Source: an uncultured delta proteobacterium (GTDB lineage: Bacteria > Desulfobacterota > Binatia > DP-6). Taken from it: a stretch of 21,266 bases of DNA. Each line of letters opens with the position of its first letter. The stretch's first letter is position 1. The stretch lies in assembly GCA_963815115.1 (NCBI GenBank), contig CAWFFN010000006.1:1-21266 (forward strand), read 5' to 3'. A program made the translations under genes and the position numbers. Shown in pieces: positions 1 to 8,639 of the stretch. The notes beneath the pieces were generated by a model. That model saw nothing but the letters and a program-made list of their open reading frames with translations, ran no database searches and was not told the DNA's origin.

Positions 1-2
1 GT

Positions 3-755
3 GCTCAGGCCGGGGGGCGTCGCGCAGGCGAGCTCGTGTTCGCCGCCTGGGTCGGCCTGGTGTTGCTGTTCACGTTGCCCGTCCTCTGGCTCGCCGTTGA
101 GCTGGCGTCCCCCGGACCCGCAGCCGACCGCGTCGTGAAGCAGTGGTGCCGTCTCGTCCTGCGCGCCAGCCTCTGCCCGCTACGCGTGCGGGGGATGGAG
201 CAGCTGAACGGCATCGGCGCCGCGGTGCTGTGCGCGAATCACTCGAGCTATCTCGATTCGGTCGCGCTCCTGGCAGCACTGCCGGCCGGGGTGCGTTTCG
301 TCGCGATGCGCGAGCTGCTCGCGACGCCGCTCATCCGGACGATCATCCGAAAGGTCGGGCATCTGACGGTCGAACGCGCCGACGTGTCGCGCAGCCTCGA
401 AGACGCGCGGAGCGTGGTTGATGCGCTGGGCTCGGGAGCAACGTTGCTGGTCTTCCCGGAAGGCGGGTTCGCGAACGCCCCCGGCCTCCGTCCGTTTCGT
501 CTGGGCGCCTTCAAGGCAGCGGTCGAGAGCGCGAAGCCCATCGTTCCGGTGGCGGTGGTCGGGACGCGGGCGATTCTCGGTGGCGGACGGGCGCTTCCAC
601 GGCGTGGCACCATCGAGGTGACCGTCGCGCCGCCCATCACCCCGCAGGGGGCGGGCTGGCCCGAGATGGTGCGGCTGCGAGACGTGACGCGATCGCAGAT
701 CGCCGAGATGACGGGAGACCGGTCCGTCGCCGGCCGTCCGGGTGCAGCCGCATGA
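3..755 (+). CDS. 1-acyl-sn-glycerol-3-phosphate (PlsC-type) acyltransferase domain; 5'-partial, frame open to the window edge
   Basis: NHSSYLD (HX4D catalytic motif), FPEG and PIVPV motifs. No stop codon in frame from position 3, so it may be the C-terminus of a larger protein. Confidence 0.9.
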   Translation, partial: AQAGGRRAGELVFAAWVGLVLLFTLPVLWLAVELASPGPAADRVVKQWCRLVLRASLCPLRVRGMEQLNGIGAAVLCANHSSYLDSVALLAALPAGVRFVAMRELLATPLIRTIIRKVGHLTVERADVSRSLEDARSVVDALGSGATLLVFPEGGFANAPGLRPFRLGAFKAAVESAKPIVPVAVVGTRAILGGGRALPRRGTIEVTVAPPITPQGAGWPEMVRLRDVTRSQIAEMTGDRSVAGRPGAAA

Positions 756-818
756 CGCCGTGGTGCCTGGGCACGCGCGATCTCGTAGGCGACCGCCGGG
801 TGAGCGTGCGCGGCTGCG

Positions 819-1529
819 TCACGGCCGGTCGCAGTCCGGGAGATCGGCCGGGGCCGCGAACCCCCCGGCGCCCAGCACGTTGAGGCACACCGCGCGCACG
901 CGCATGTCGACGATCGTCTGGCCGCCGGCGGCGTACGTCCACCGGAACGGGAAGACGATGCCGCCGACGTCGCGGAAGTCCTCGAGCCGCAGGTCGACAT
1001 CGCCACGGCCGAACGGCGAGAAATCGAGCGGTCCGGCAGCCCAGACGAGCCGCGCGTGGTCGTCGAAGCCGAGGCGGTATCGTGCGCCGTCGGCGAACGG
1101 CGTCACCTCGATGGCGGCGGCGACTTCCGGCGGCGCCTCGCTGCGGTCGAGAGCGCGCCACGGGACGTTCGGACGCGCCAGCGCATCGAGCATCACGACG
1201 GCCTCGAAGCGAGCTTGCGTTCCGAGCGGGGCGCGGGAATCCTCCACCCCGACGAGGACGTTCCCGATGAAGGAGCGAGCCGACGTGCCATCGAAGATGT
1301 GGTGATGCAATTCGTCCGTGGTCACGATGGTGAGCGCGTAGCGCTCAGGGGAAGACATGGAGACGATCCGCGCCTGCCACGCGCCGGGTGCGCCGGTGCG
1401 GACGTCGGCGTCGACCCAGCGGACGACGGAGCGGATGGGCCCGCCGCGCGCCGCGATCGCGCGCTCGATCGGCGTGCGCGTAGGCGGGTCGCGCGTCGCG
1501 CAGCCGGCCAGGAGCATCGCGAGCGGCAC
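819..1529 (-). CDS. Hypothetical lipoprotein (start uncertain: GTG 1529 or ATG 1517)
   Basis: Lipobox LLAGC followed by a beta-rich globular sequence ending in ...FRDVGGIVFPFRWTY... The ORF-track extension to 1766 is antisense to the next gene. Confidence 0.6.
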   Translation of the reverse strand: MPLAMLLAGCATRDPPTRTPIERAIAARGGPIRSVVRWVDADVRTGAPGAWQARIVSMSSPERYALTIVTTDELHHHIFDGTSARSFIGNVLVGVEDSRAPLGTQARFEAVVMLDALARPNVPWRALDRSEAPPEVAAAIEVTPFADGARYRLGFDDHARLVWAAGPLDFSPFGRGDVDLRLEDFRDVGGIVFPFRWTYAAGGQTIVDMRVRAVCLNVLGAGGFAAPADLPDCDRP

Positions 1530-1550
1530 GAGCCCGCGCCACGCTCCCGA

Positions 1551-2489
1551 ATGGCGGGCCTCGCGCTCGCGGCGATCGTCGCGGCGGTCGCCTGCGACCC
1601 GCTGAGCCCTCCCCAGCCAGCGACCCTGCCGTCCGTCGCGGCGCCGTCCTCCGACGTCGAGACGCGCGAGGTGCAGCTCGCGAACGACCTCGTCACCGTG
1701 AGGCTCCATATCCCACCCGGCGGCGATCCGAAGAAGCCCACGATTATCTCGACGATGGGAGATCATGCAGCGTTCCTGGCGCGGGGCTGGTTGGTGGCGA
1801 CGTATCGGATAAACTGGGATTACCTGAACCCGCCGCTGCCGCCGGAGGCCCAGGCCGGCGAGGCGACGGTCGGAAAGTGGATCCTCGCCTCACGATCGGC
1901 GGACGTGCTCGGGGAGCGATATTTGCGGACCATCGCGATCATCGCAAACGTCGCCGTCCCGCAGATCGTCGACTACCTCCGGACGGTGCCCGAGGTCGAC
2001 GCGACGCGGATCGCGATGGTGGGCGCGTCGACGAACGGGCTCGTCACGCTGCAGGCGGTGACGCGCGCGCGCCGGATCACGGTGGCGGTCGCCATGGCGG
2101 CCTGCGGCGACTACCGAAAGTTCCTGCAGTACTCGAGCATGGGCATGGACGGGGCATCCCTCGACCTCGCGCCCGCATACGCCCAGTGGCTGGCCCGCCA
2201 GGAGCCCGTCCGCCGGCCGCGCCGCTGGCTCCATGCCGCCGTCACGCTGGTCGTCCGGGACGGCGACCGCATCATCCCGATCGAGTGCGCGGACGCGACC
2301 GCGGATGTCGTCGAGCCGGTCTACGAACGCGCGGGACTCGGGGATCGCTTCCGGTATCGCGTCGTTCACGGTACGGAGCACGGGTTGTCGCAAGTGGAGT
2401 CGGACGAGATGATGGCATGGCTCGATCGCTGGCTGGCGCCGGGAGCGTCACGGAGCGCGCGCCGTCCGCCGGAAGCCGGGCGGCGTTGA
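1551..2489 (+). CDS. Exported or lipoprotein alpha/beta hydrolase (dienelactone hydrolase/esterase-like)
   Basis: Hydrophobic N-terminus ending AVAC. 'PEVDATRIAMVGASTNG' nucleophile elbow; candidate Asp (DGDRIIP) and His (GTEHGL). Confidence 0.8.
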   Translation: MAGLALAAIVAAVACDPLSPPQPATLPSVAAPSSDVETREVQLANDLVTVRLHIPPGGDPKKPTIISTMGDHAAFLARGWLVATYRINWDYLNPPLPPEAQAGEATVGKWILASRSADVLGERYLRTIAIIANVAVPQIVDYLRTVPEVDATRIAMVGASTNGLVTLQAVTRARRITVAVAMAACGDYRKFLQYSSMGMDGASLDLAPAYAQWLARQEPVRRPRRWLHAAVTLVVRDGDRIIPIECADATADVVEPVYERAGLGDRFRYRVVHGTEHGLSQVESDEMMAWLDRWLAPGASRSARRPPEAGRR

Positions 2490-3085
2490 GCGGCGCCGCC
2501 TCGAGACGCCGCGGCGCGGGCGCGTGCACGCGATGCGCGGCCGCCCTGCGGACGGCGGGCGTCGCCGCGGTGCTGCCGCTGCTCGCCGGCTGCATCGTCG
2601 TGAGCGCCCGGCTCGCGCCGGACGGCTCGGGGACCATGACCATGCGCTACCGCGTCGCACAGGACGCCACGGAGTTCCTCGAGAAACGCCGCTTCACGTC
2701 TCCGCACGTCAGAGTCGAATCGGTGAAGATCACGGAGAGCCTCGACACGGTGGTCACCCTGGCGTTCGACGACGCGGCGCAGCTGCCGACAGCCCCGGCG
2801 TTCCGCGACGTGCGCGTCGTCCGGGAGCGCGAGGGCGACGGCGAGCGGTTGACAGTCATCGTGCCGCGCCTGACGGCGATCGCCCCCGCAGGGGCGACGC
2901 CGCGCCGACCGGGCGCGCCCGGGCCCCAGATCACGTGGTCCCTGCCGGGCCGCGTCCGGAAGGCCAACCGCGGTGCGGTCGTGTCGGGCGATCGGGTGAC
3001 CTGGTCGTTCTCGCTCGACGCCTACCTCGCCGAGCCGAGCATCGACCTGTCGGTCCGCTACGACACGGCGGCGGACACCCGCTGA
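2486..3085 (+). CDS. Hypothetical lipoprotein, LppM/DUF3153-like
   Basis: TTG at 2486 overlaps the upstream TGA. Lipobox LLAGC, then 'xxxxLAPDGSG', and C-terminal '[20 protein letters not shown]'. Confidence 0.65.
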   Translation: MSGAASRRRGAGACTRCAAALRTAGVAAVLPLLAGCIVVSARLAPDGSGTMTMRYRVAQDATEFLEKRRFTSPHVRVESVKITESLDTVVTLAFDDAAQLPTAPAFRDVRVVREREGDGERLTVIVPRLTAIAPAGATPRRPGAPGPQITWSLPGRVRKANRGAVVSGDRVTWSFSLDAYLAEPSIDLSVRYDTAADTR

Positions 3086-3104
3086 CGGCGCCGCGAGGCC
3101 CGGG

Positions 3105-3318
3105 CGTGACGACTGCGCCGATTCCGAGCACCGGCCGATGTGGTGCGCCGAGCTTGCGTACCACAACGACGTCGAGCGGCGCGTCGAGGGCGCGCGCCAT
3201 CTCGCAGGCGACGGGTACCCCACCGCGCGGCAGCCCAAGGACGACGGGGCTCGTCCTTGTGGCACAGCAGCCTCGAGGGTCGGCAGATGCCGGCGCGTGT
3301 GGTCGAGGATGCGGGCGT
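3105..3318 (-). pseudogene. N-terminal relic of a phosphoribosyltransferase-family protein
   Basis: [44 protein letters not shown] is the typical N-terminus of this family. AGGAGG RBS is followed by ACG rather than ATG; frameshifted and truncated. Confidence 0.8.
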
Positions 3319-3553
3319 GGTCGTCCTCCTCCTGTGCCATGACGGTCCAGAGCGCACACAGGGGACCGCACCGCAGAGAGAACCCCGGGGCAACGCAGGT
3401 CTGGATATCACGGCAGGATCGACGTGCTCAACCAACGGAGGGCGACGCCTCGGTGCCGAATGCCGGCGAACGTCAGGGCTCCGTGCGTTGGGCCAACGGC
3501 CGCGAGCGGTTTCACAGCTGGCGCGTCGAGCGGCGGGTTGGGTGAACCGATGG

Positions 3554-4708
3554 CTAGCTCCTGGCCTCGCTTACGCGAACCGGTGCGAGGACGAGGAAGC
3601 CCTCGGGGTGGAGGCTCGTCGCGAGCATCACCTCGTTGATGCTCGCATGCTCGACCCAGCTCCCCTCCCGGCGATGCTCCGGCTGCAACCAGAACGCCTC
3701 GATCTCGGCTCGCAGCGAGAGGTAGCGGCACAGCCGATCCACACCCGCGCGCTCGCTGGGACTCGCCCCACGCCACGCGTCCGTCTCCATCGCGGCGAGT
3801 CCGATCGCGAGCCCGAGTTCCCGGAATGCCAGACGTCGGCCAGCGGGCATGCGCAGGTCAGGCTGCTCCACGTAGTGCCCGAGACCCGCGAGGGCGGCGG
3901 CGAGCAACGGCTCGACCAGCCCTCGGCCGATTGCATCGTGCTGCTCGAGCTGCACCAGGCGGAATGCGTCACCGAGCAGCCCGCCCAGGCCGAGAGGTTC
4001 CTGCGTCGCCAGTCCGCGCGGGTCGACCATTGCGGCGAAGTCCGCGATCGCGTCGTGGAGGGGCGGTCCCGCTCCGGCGACCGTCGCCTCGAGCTGCGTG
4101 TAGGTGACGAGACCATCAAGCGGGTCGTGCTGGCCCATCGACTCGACCAGCGGGTGCGCCAGATCGACGCTCAATTTCCAGTACATCCGCTTGCCGGCGC
4201 CGTGTCGTGGCACGTACGTGAACGCGCGGTGCGCCGTGTGGGCGAGCTCGTGCGCCCATCGGTTGAACATCGTCTGGCCGGTCGCGCGCGTCACCTGATC
4301 GAGCGCGTGCATCCACTTCGTGAGGTAATGGAAGTACTGGCCGTCGCGTTCCCACTCGAGTCGCACGTCGACGGGCTCGTCGGGCGTGCGCTGGGGCAGC
4401 GGCTTGCCGATCCGTAGACCGCCGCAGGTGGGGTGGGCTTCTCCTTGCTCGTCGGGGAGCCCGCTGATCCAGCCGCTCCGGCGGTCGTCGGCGCGATGAC
4501 GGCCGAGAATATGGTGCACGTGATTGACCAGCTGGAGGGCCAGCTCCGTGAAGCGGGGCTCACCCGTCATGCGTGCGAGGCCGAGGAAATTGCACACGGC
4601 GAACGCGTCGGTCCACAAGTAGCGCTGATGCGGGCGGCCCGCGGTGAGACCCGTCCGCTCGGCGAATCCCATCATCAGCTCGATCGCCTGTTCGGTGCGC
4701 GTTCGCAT
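3554..4708 (-). CDS. Conserved hypothetical protein, 384 aa (RYLWTDAFAV / DGQYFHYLTKW family)
   Basis: Long clean ORF with high-GC codon bias and motifs RYLWTDAFAV, GGLRIGK, DGQYFHYLTKWMHAL, SMGQHDPLDG, RLAFRELGLAIG, INEVMLAT. Confidence 0.85.
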   Translation of the reverse strand: MRTRTEQAIELMMGFAERTGLTAGRPHQRYLWTDAFAVCNFLGLARMTGEPRFTELALQLVNHVHHILGRHRADDRRSGWISGLPDEQGEAHPTCGGLRIGKPLPQRTPDEPVDVRLEWERDGQYFHYLTKWMHALDQVTRATGQTMFNRWAHELAHTAHRAFTYVPRHGAGKRMYWKLSVDLAHPLVESMGQHDPLDGLVTYTQLEATVAGAGPPLHDAIADFAAMVDPRGLATQEPLGLGGLLGDAFRLVQLEQHDAIGRGLVEPLLAAALAGLGHYVEQPDLRMPAGRRLAFRELGLAIGLAAMETDAWRGASPSERAGVDRLCRYLSLRAEIEAFWLQPEHRREGSWVEHASINEVMLATSLHPEGFLVLAPVRVSEARS

Positions 4709-4800
4709 GAACCCCGTCCCTGCGCCGGCGTGTCGCCGGTATCCTTCGATGGTAGCCCAGCAACGGGTGCGCCAGGTACGCGCTCAGGTCCGTCGCGACG

Positions 4801-4818
4801 CTGGCAAGCCAATTGCAT
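4801..4818 (+). promoter_or_regulatory. Sigma-54 (-24/-12) promoter
   Basis: CTGGCAAGCCAATTGCAT: GG at 4803-4804, 10 nt, GC at 4815-4816; directly upstream of ATG 4831. Confidence 0.7.
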
Positions 4819-4830
4819 AGGATCTAGGAC

Positions 4831-5304
4831 ATGCGAACCGACCCGCCATGGGATCCGTACGGCGTCCTGCCTGTCCAGTTTTTTTCGGCCCGCACTCTAC
4901 CCGCGGAACGTCGGCTGATGCTCGCGGTGCTCCAAGATGCGCTGGAGATCCACAGGAAGTACGCGCATGTACCAGTCGGCCGGCACCGGGTCCTGGCGGA
5001 CGAGACGGAGCGGTGGTTCTTCGCGGATCATCAAGGGGAATGGCCATTCTCTTTCGTCAACCTGTGCGCGAGCCTCGGGATCGCCGCCGACGGGGTCCGC
5101 TCCCAACTCATGAACCCGGGCGGAGCACCGATTCGGGCGACACTCCGTCGGCCGGCCGCCCCGGCTGGTAGATCGCATCCCAGTTCCGCGTATTTGAGGC
5201 GCCGGTCGTTCTCAAGGATGCGAACCGGCGACGCTCGAACCTCGCAGCGCGGAGGGCGGGTTGCCGGCGACTCGATATACCGAGTGCCCGCCGCGACGCC
5301 ATGA
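4831..5304 (+). CDS. Small uncharacterised protein, paralogue of 19005-19409
   Basis: VLPVQFF...ERRLMLAVLQDA...ETERWF...PFSFVNLCASLG aligns by eye with the 19005-19409 product. Confidence 0.8.
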   Translation: MRTDPPWDPYGVLPVQFFSARTLPAERRLMLAVLQDALEIHRKYAHVPVGRHRVLADETERWFFADHQGEWPFSFVNLCASLGIAADGVRSQLMNPGGAPIRATLRRPAAPAGRSHPSSAYLRRRSFSRMRTGDARTSQRGGRVAGDSIYRVPAATP

Positions 5305-5429
5305 TCAGCCTCCCCCGCTCGCCAGGGGCCAGCACCTCGGGGTAGGTGGGGAGACGAGGCGAAAACGACGGCAACCAGTGCGGCGGTGCGCTCTTACCAT
5401 CCATAACACGACAGACGCGAGGGGAGGCC

Positions 5430-5858
5430 GTGAGCAAGGGCATCGACGGCACGTGGTACAACGAACTCGGCTCCTGGATGGTGCTTGAGCTCGGACCGGA
5501 CGGGCGCAGTCTCACGGGCGTGTATCACAGCGCGGTGGGTCATGCGGTCGAAGAATACATCCTCTCCGGGCGCGTCGACGGCACACCGGAGGATGGCCAG
5601 AGCCTCGGATGGGTGGTGTCGTGGCAGAACGGGCGGCTCAATAGCCACTCGGTGACGGCGTGGTCGGGGCAGTTCAGGGTCGTCGACGATGGAGATGAGC
5701 TCATCACGACGACATGGCTCCTGACGCGAGAGAGTCCGCCGGAAGAGGACTGGGAATCAACCATCCTGGGCAAAGACGTCTTCTCCCGCAATGCTCCCAC
5801 CGCTGAAGACATCGCTCGGATACGTGCGCGCAGGGGACTCGCGCCCGTTTCCTCGTAG
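5430..5858 (+). CDS. Avidin/streptavidin family biotin-binding protein
   Basis: GGAGG RBS then GTG 5430. GIDGTWYNELGS, LTGVYHSAVG, LGWVVSWQN, SHSVTAWSGQ, TTTWLLT and WESTILGKDVF match the streptavidin core motifs. Confidence 0.95.
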   Translation: MSKGIDGTWYNELGSWMVLELGPDGRSLTGVYHSAVGHAVEEYILSGRVDGTPEDGQSLGWVVSWQNGRLNSHSVTAWSGQFRVVDDGDELITTTWLLTRESPPEEDWESTILGKDVFSRNAPTAEDIARIRARRGLAPVSS

Positions 5859-6229
5859 GCCGCTTGTTTCTGCAATCCGCGCGGAGCGTTCACCAGTTCA
5901 TGATGGTCAAGCGGGAAGGTGCGTGCTTGGAGTGTGGACGGGCCGTGGCCTCGGCGATGCCAGCGTGAGAATGGCCGGCAGCTGTCCTGCGCGACTCTGC
6001 AAAGCGTTGAGGCGCTGAGCGCGGCGCCCCACGGTTGGCACATCGGCAATGATCTTGCCTCCTGCAGGGAAGGCGGCGCCTTCCCGGCCCATGAGATTGC
6101 CACCTGGCTCCGGTCGCGATGTTCGAAGGCCCTCGGGGCTCCCCAGCGGCGTCCGACAGTGCCAGGGCTCGATCCGCGTGCGCCGGCGCACCGCAACGGG
6201 AGGGCGCTCCAGCGTGACCCGGGGGGGCG

Positions 6230-6348
6230 CTCGAACGGGGCGGTCTCGGCCGGGAGCTCGAAGAGGAGCGGCTCGGCGGTTTGTACGATGGGCTCTGCGT
6301 GGAAGCGGCGCAGCGCACCATGGCGCTCGCGTTCAGCACGTTGCGCAT
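6230..6348 (-). pseudogene. Relic resembling the end of a glucoamylase-family (cyclic beta-1,2-glucan synthase NdvB-like) domain
   Basis: Reads NVLNASAMVR/RFHAEPIVQTAEPLLFE once a 5-bp tandem duplication (GCGCA at 6308-6317) is removed. Family assignment is from memory of the motif. Confidence 0.45.
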
Positions 6349-6613
6349 CGCATCCTTGACGCGGTAGTCCGACTTTCGGAGCTCGAGACCGCAGCTCCGC
6401 CGCCGCCGGACGGGCCGCCGGCGGCGCTCATGACACGGCCCAGGCGGACAGCCCGGCGAGGAGTCGCCACGGCTGGCCGAGAAACGCGATGAGCGCCCGC
6501 CGGCGGAGTCGGTTGAAGATCAGCCGGGCATCGACCCCCAGAGGGACCGGATCACGCCCAACACCGCGTCGGCATGATGCTCCCAGGTCGCGAAGACGGG
6601 CCGCGGCGTTTGA

Positions 6614-7012
6614 TCAAGGTGCGGTGTCCTCAAGCGTCTCGCGCAGCTGCTGCTCGAGCTGCTCGATGCGCTGCTCGAGCGCCTCGAAGCGCTTGGCGAG
6701 CTTCGGGATCTCCTCGACCACGTCGCGGGCCAGCCCCTTGCGGGCGGTATCCGCCACCCGTGCGAGCTGCTTCTCGAACGACTCGACCAGGCGACGCCCC
6801 CGGGTCTCGAGGTCCTTGATCGAGCGGTCCGCACGGCTTCGGAGCTCGTCGCGCACCTTGCGCACATCAGCCTCGACCTCGGCGCGCGTCCGGCGTGCGA
6901 AGGTCTGGGTATCGCGGCGGATCCGTCCCATGAACCGTTCACCCTCCCCGCGGAGCCGCTTCACGGACTCGCGGACTTCTGTCAGAGAGCCGCCGACGCT
7001 GGATCGTGCCAT
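6614..7012 (-). CDS. Coiled-coil protein, phasin/PHA-granule-associated-like
   Basis: AAGGAGG RBS before ATG 7012. 132-aa charged amphipathic helical sequence ending in heptads (LAKRFEALEQRIEQLEQQL). Confidence 0.7.
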   Translation of the reverse strand: MARSSVGGSLTEVRESVKRLRGEGERFMGRIRRDTQTFARRTRAEVEADVRKVRDELRSRADRSIKDLETRGRRLVESFEKQLARVADTARKGLARDVVEEIPKLAKRFEALEQRIEQLEQQLRETLEDTAP

Positions 7013-7049
7013 AGGATTCCCTCCTTGACGGTATGAGTTCGAAGACCTC

Positions 7050-7066
7050 AGCAGGCGCCATGCCAA
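7050..7066 (-). promoter_or_regulatory. Sigma-54 promoter of the phasin-like gene
   Basis: Minus strand TTGGCATGGCGCCTGCT, GG-N10-GC, 38 nt upstream of the ATG. Confidence 0.7.
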
Positions 7067-7077
7067 GGGACGCTATC

Positions 7078-7220
7078 ACTCGTAGCGCAGCGTCGCCTCG
7101 GAGCGGAATTGCCGCAGGATGACCCGCGGGGGGGAGCCCCCAGTGGCATTCCGCGATCTCGCCGGCGCGCTCGGTCACCGACACGAGCATGATGTTCATG
7201 ATGCCCACGGCCGCCACGTC
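7078..7220 (-). pseudogene. Internal relic of a MacB/FtsX-family ABC transporter permease
   Basis: VGIMNIMLVSVTERAGEIA, then after a frameshift LGA....ILRQFRSEATL; matches the conserved 'GIMNIMLVSVTERTREIG..ALGA..IL.QFL.EA' block. Confidence 0.8.
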
Positions 7221-7242
7221 GGTGACGCGCTCGCGACGACAG

Positions 7243-7401
7243 ATCGTCCGGATAGCGCGCCGGCCAGTGCGGCCGGGAACCGACGCTCACACCCGCGACC
7301 TGCGTGGCGGTGACGGCTACCACGGTGGCGTCGAGGTCGTTCCGGTAGCACCCGATGAAGTCGTGGCAGCCAGGCCCTGCGGCGCCCAGGATGACCATAC
7401 G
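7243..7401 (-). pseudogene. N-terminal relic of a cyclic 2,3-diphosphoglycerate synthetase-like GTPase
   Basis: RMVILGAAGPGCHDFIGCYRNDLDATVVAVTATQVAG...RYPD resembles the family N-terminus 'RVIIMGAAGRDFHNF...EVVAFTATQIPG...YP.G'. Confidence 0.6.
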
Positions 7402-8259
7402 TTGTGCCGGGCCCGTCTCAGTTTCGCGCACGCTCAGGACGATCATTCCCAATTGTGCGAACAAAGGAACGCTCCCGACGATTGGGATCCCATCCCCGCG
7501 ATGCAGACGTCGCGACACGTCGATGCTATCACCCCGTCCGCAGAAAGGGCTCCGCCGCGCATGCATGGCGATCGAGCGCTGCAACTCCCTTGCGCCGTGC
7601 GAGCGAAGCGATGGGAGGTGCGACGCAGGATCGGCGCGTCACGTGCTGAGCGGTGAGGAACGAGTCCGCGAGGGCGCTGTCGATGCCGAAGGTACACGAC
7701 GAAGCGATCCCTGGAAAAGGGGGCCGTCGAGAAGGGCAAGGGGCTCATCCGGAGCGTCAACCACGCCTGGGCGCAGCGGGCGACGCGCACCTGCCGCTTC
7801 TGCCAGCGCCACGGATGGCCCGCGATCATGCTCTGCGCGGGCGCCTCCGATTCCGCCCCGTGCAGTGCGCCGCCGCCTCCTCCGTCGCCCCATCCGTGCT
7901 GCCCCATCGAGAACTACGGGTCGGACGGCGAGTGCACGGCGGTGCCATGATGGGTGATGCGTCACGGCGCCAGTGGCGCCGGCGACCAACTTGCAGGAAA
8001 CATGGGGCGAGCACACCGGCCTCGTTCACAAACGTCAACGAAGTTACTCTCTTCCATGCCGGAGGCGCGATTCGTCGAGCGACTGTCGTGGCGCGTGAAC
8101 TTGCCCCCCCGGTTCGCTGATCGGGTATCCTTTCCGCCACCAGTAGCCTGACCCGCAGGTTTCGGTCGTTACGGAAGAGCGGCGGGTGGTCGGACGCGTC
8201 GGGCCGAGGGCTGGTCGGGGCGATCTCTCCTCGGGCTCCCGTCGGGGAGGCAGGACGGC

Positions 8260-8350
8260 GCATCCAGGGCTTCCTGAGGAAGCTCGGCGTCGAGAAGAGC
8301 TTAGAGCGCACCCGATTTCTCTGGACGCCGGTTTGGGCTATCGGCTGTCC
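8260..8350 (+). pseudogene. Possible relic of an OmpR/KdpE-type winged-helix C-terminus
   Basis: LRKLGVEKSLERTRFL, then in a shifted frame AGLGYRL. Confidence 0.3.
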
Positions 8351-8471
8351 GGACGGGATCGGGGATGTCGAAGAAGGACTCGGATGGGATAGAGGAGCCG
8401 GCGATGGCGGCGGTGGCGCAGAGCGAGGGGCTGCACGTCCCGGTGTCCGAGCTCGAGCGCGAGGCGGGCGG

Positions 8472-8639
8472 CTCTTCCGCTGGATGCACGACGAGGACGC
8501 GATGGCGGTCGAGAAGCTGAGCGAGGAAATTCGCAAGTTCTTCACCGACACCCGCAAGCTCGAACAGTTCGCCCGAGCCAAGGTGGCCCAGCGCATGGCC
8601 AGCCGAATGAACCCCGAATCCCCCGAGGTGAACCGATGA
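8472..8639 (+). pseudogene. tal: C-terminal relic of transaldolase
   Basis: [31 protein letters not shown] is the TalB-type C-terminal helix. Its TGA overlaps the xfp ATG (ATGA 8636-8639). Confidence 0.8.

Noticed and set aside
7979-7995. CGGCGACCAACTTGCA, GG-N10-GC
   Set aside because: Weak -24 element and no credible gene directly downstream (xfp is 640 bp away).
8088-8105. Sigma-54-like TGGCGCGTGAACTTGC
   Set aside because: Spacing is GG-N11-GC, whereas sigma-54 requires N10.
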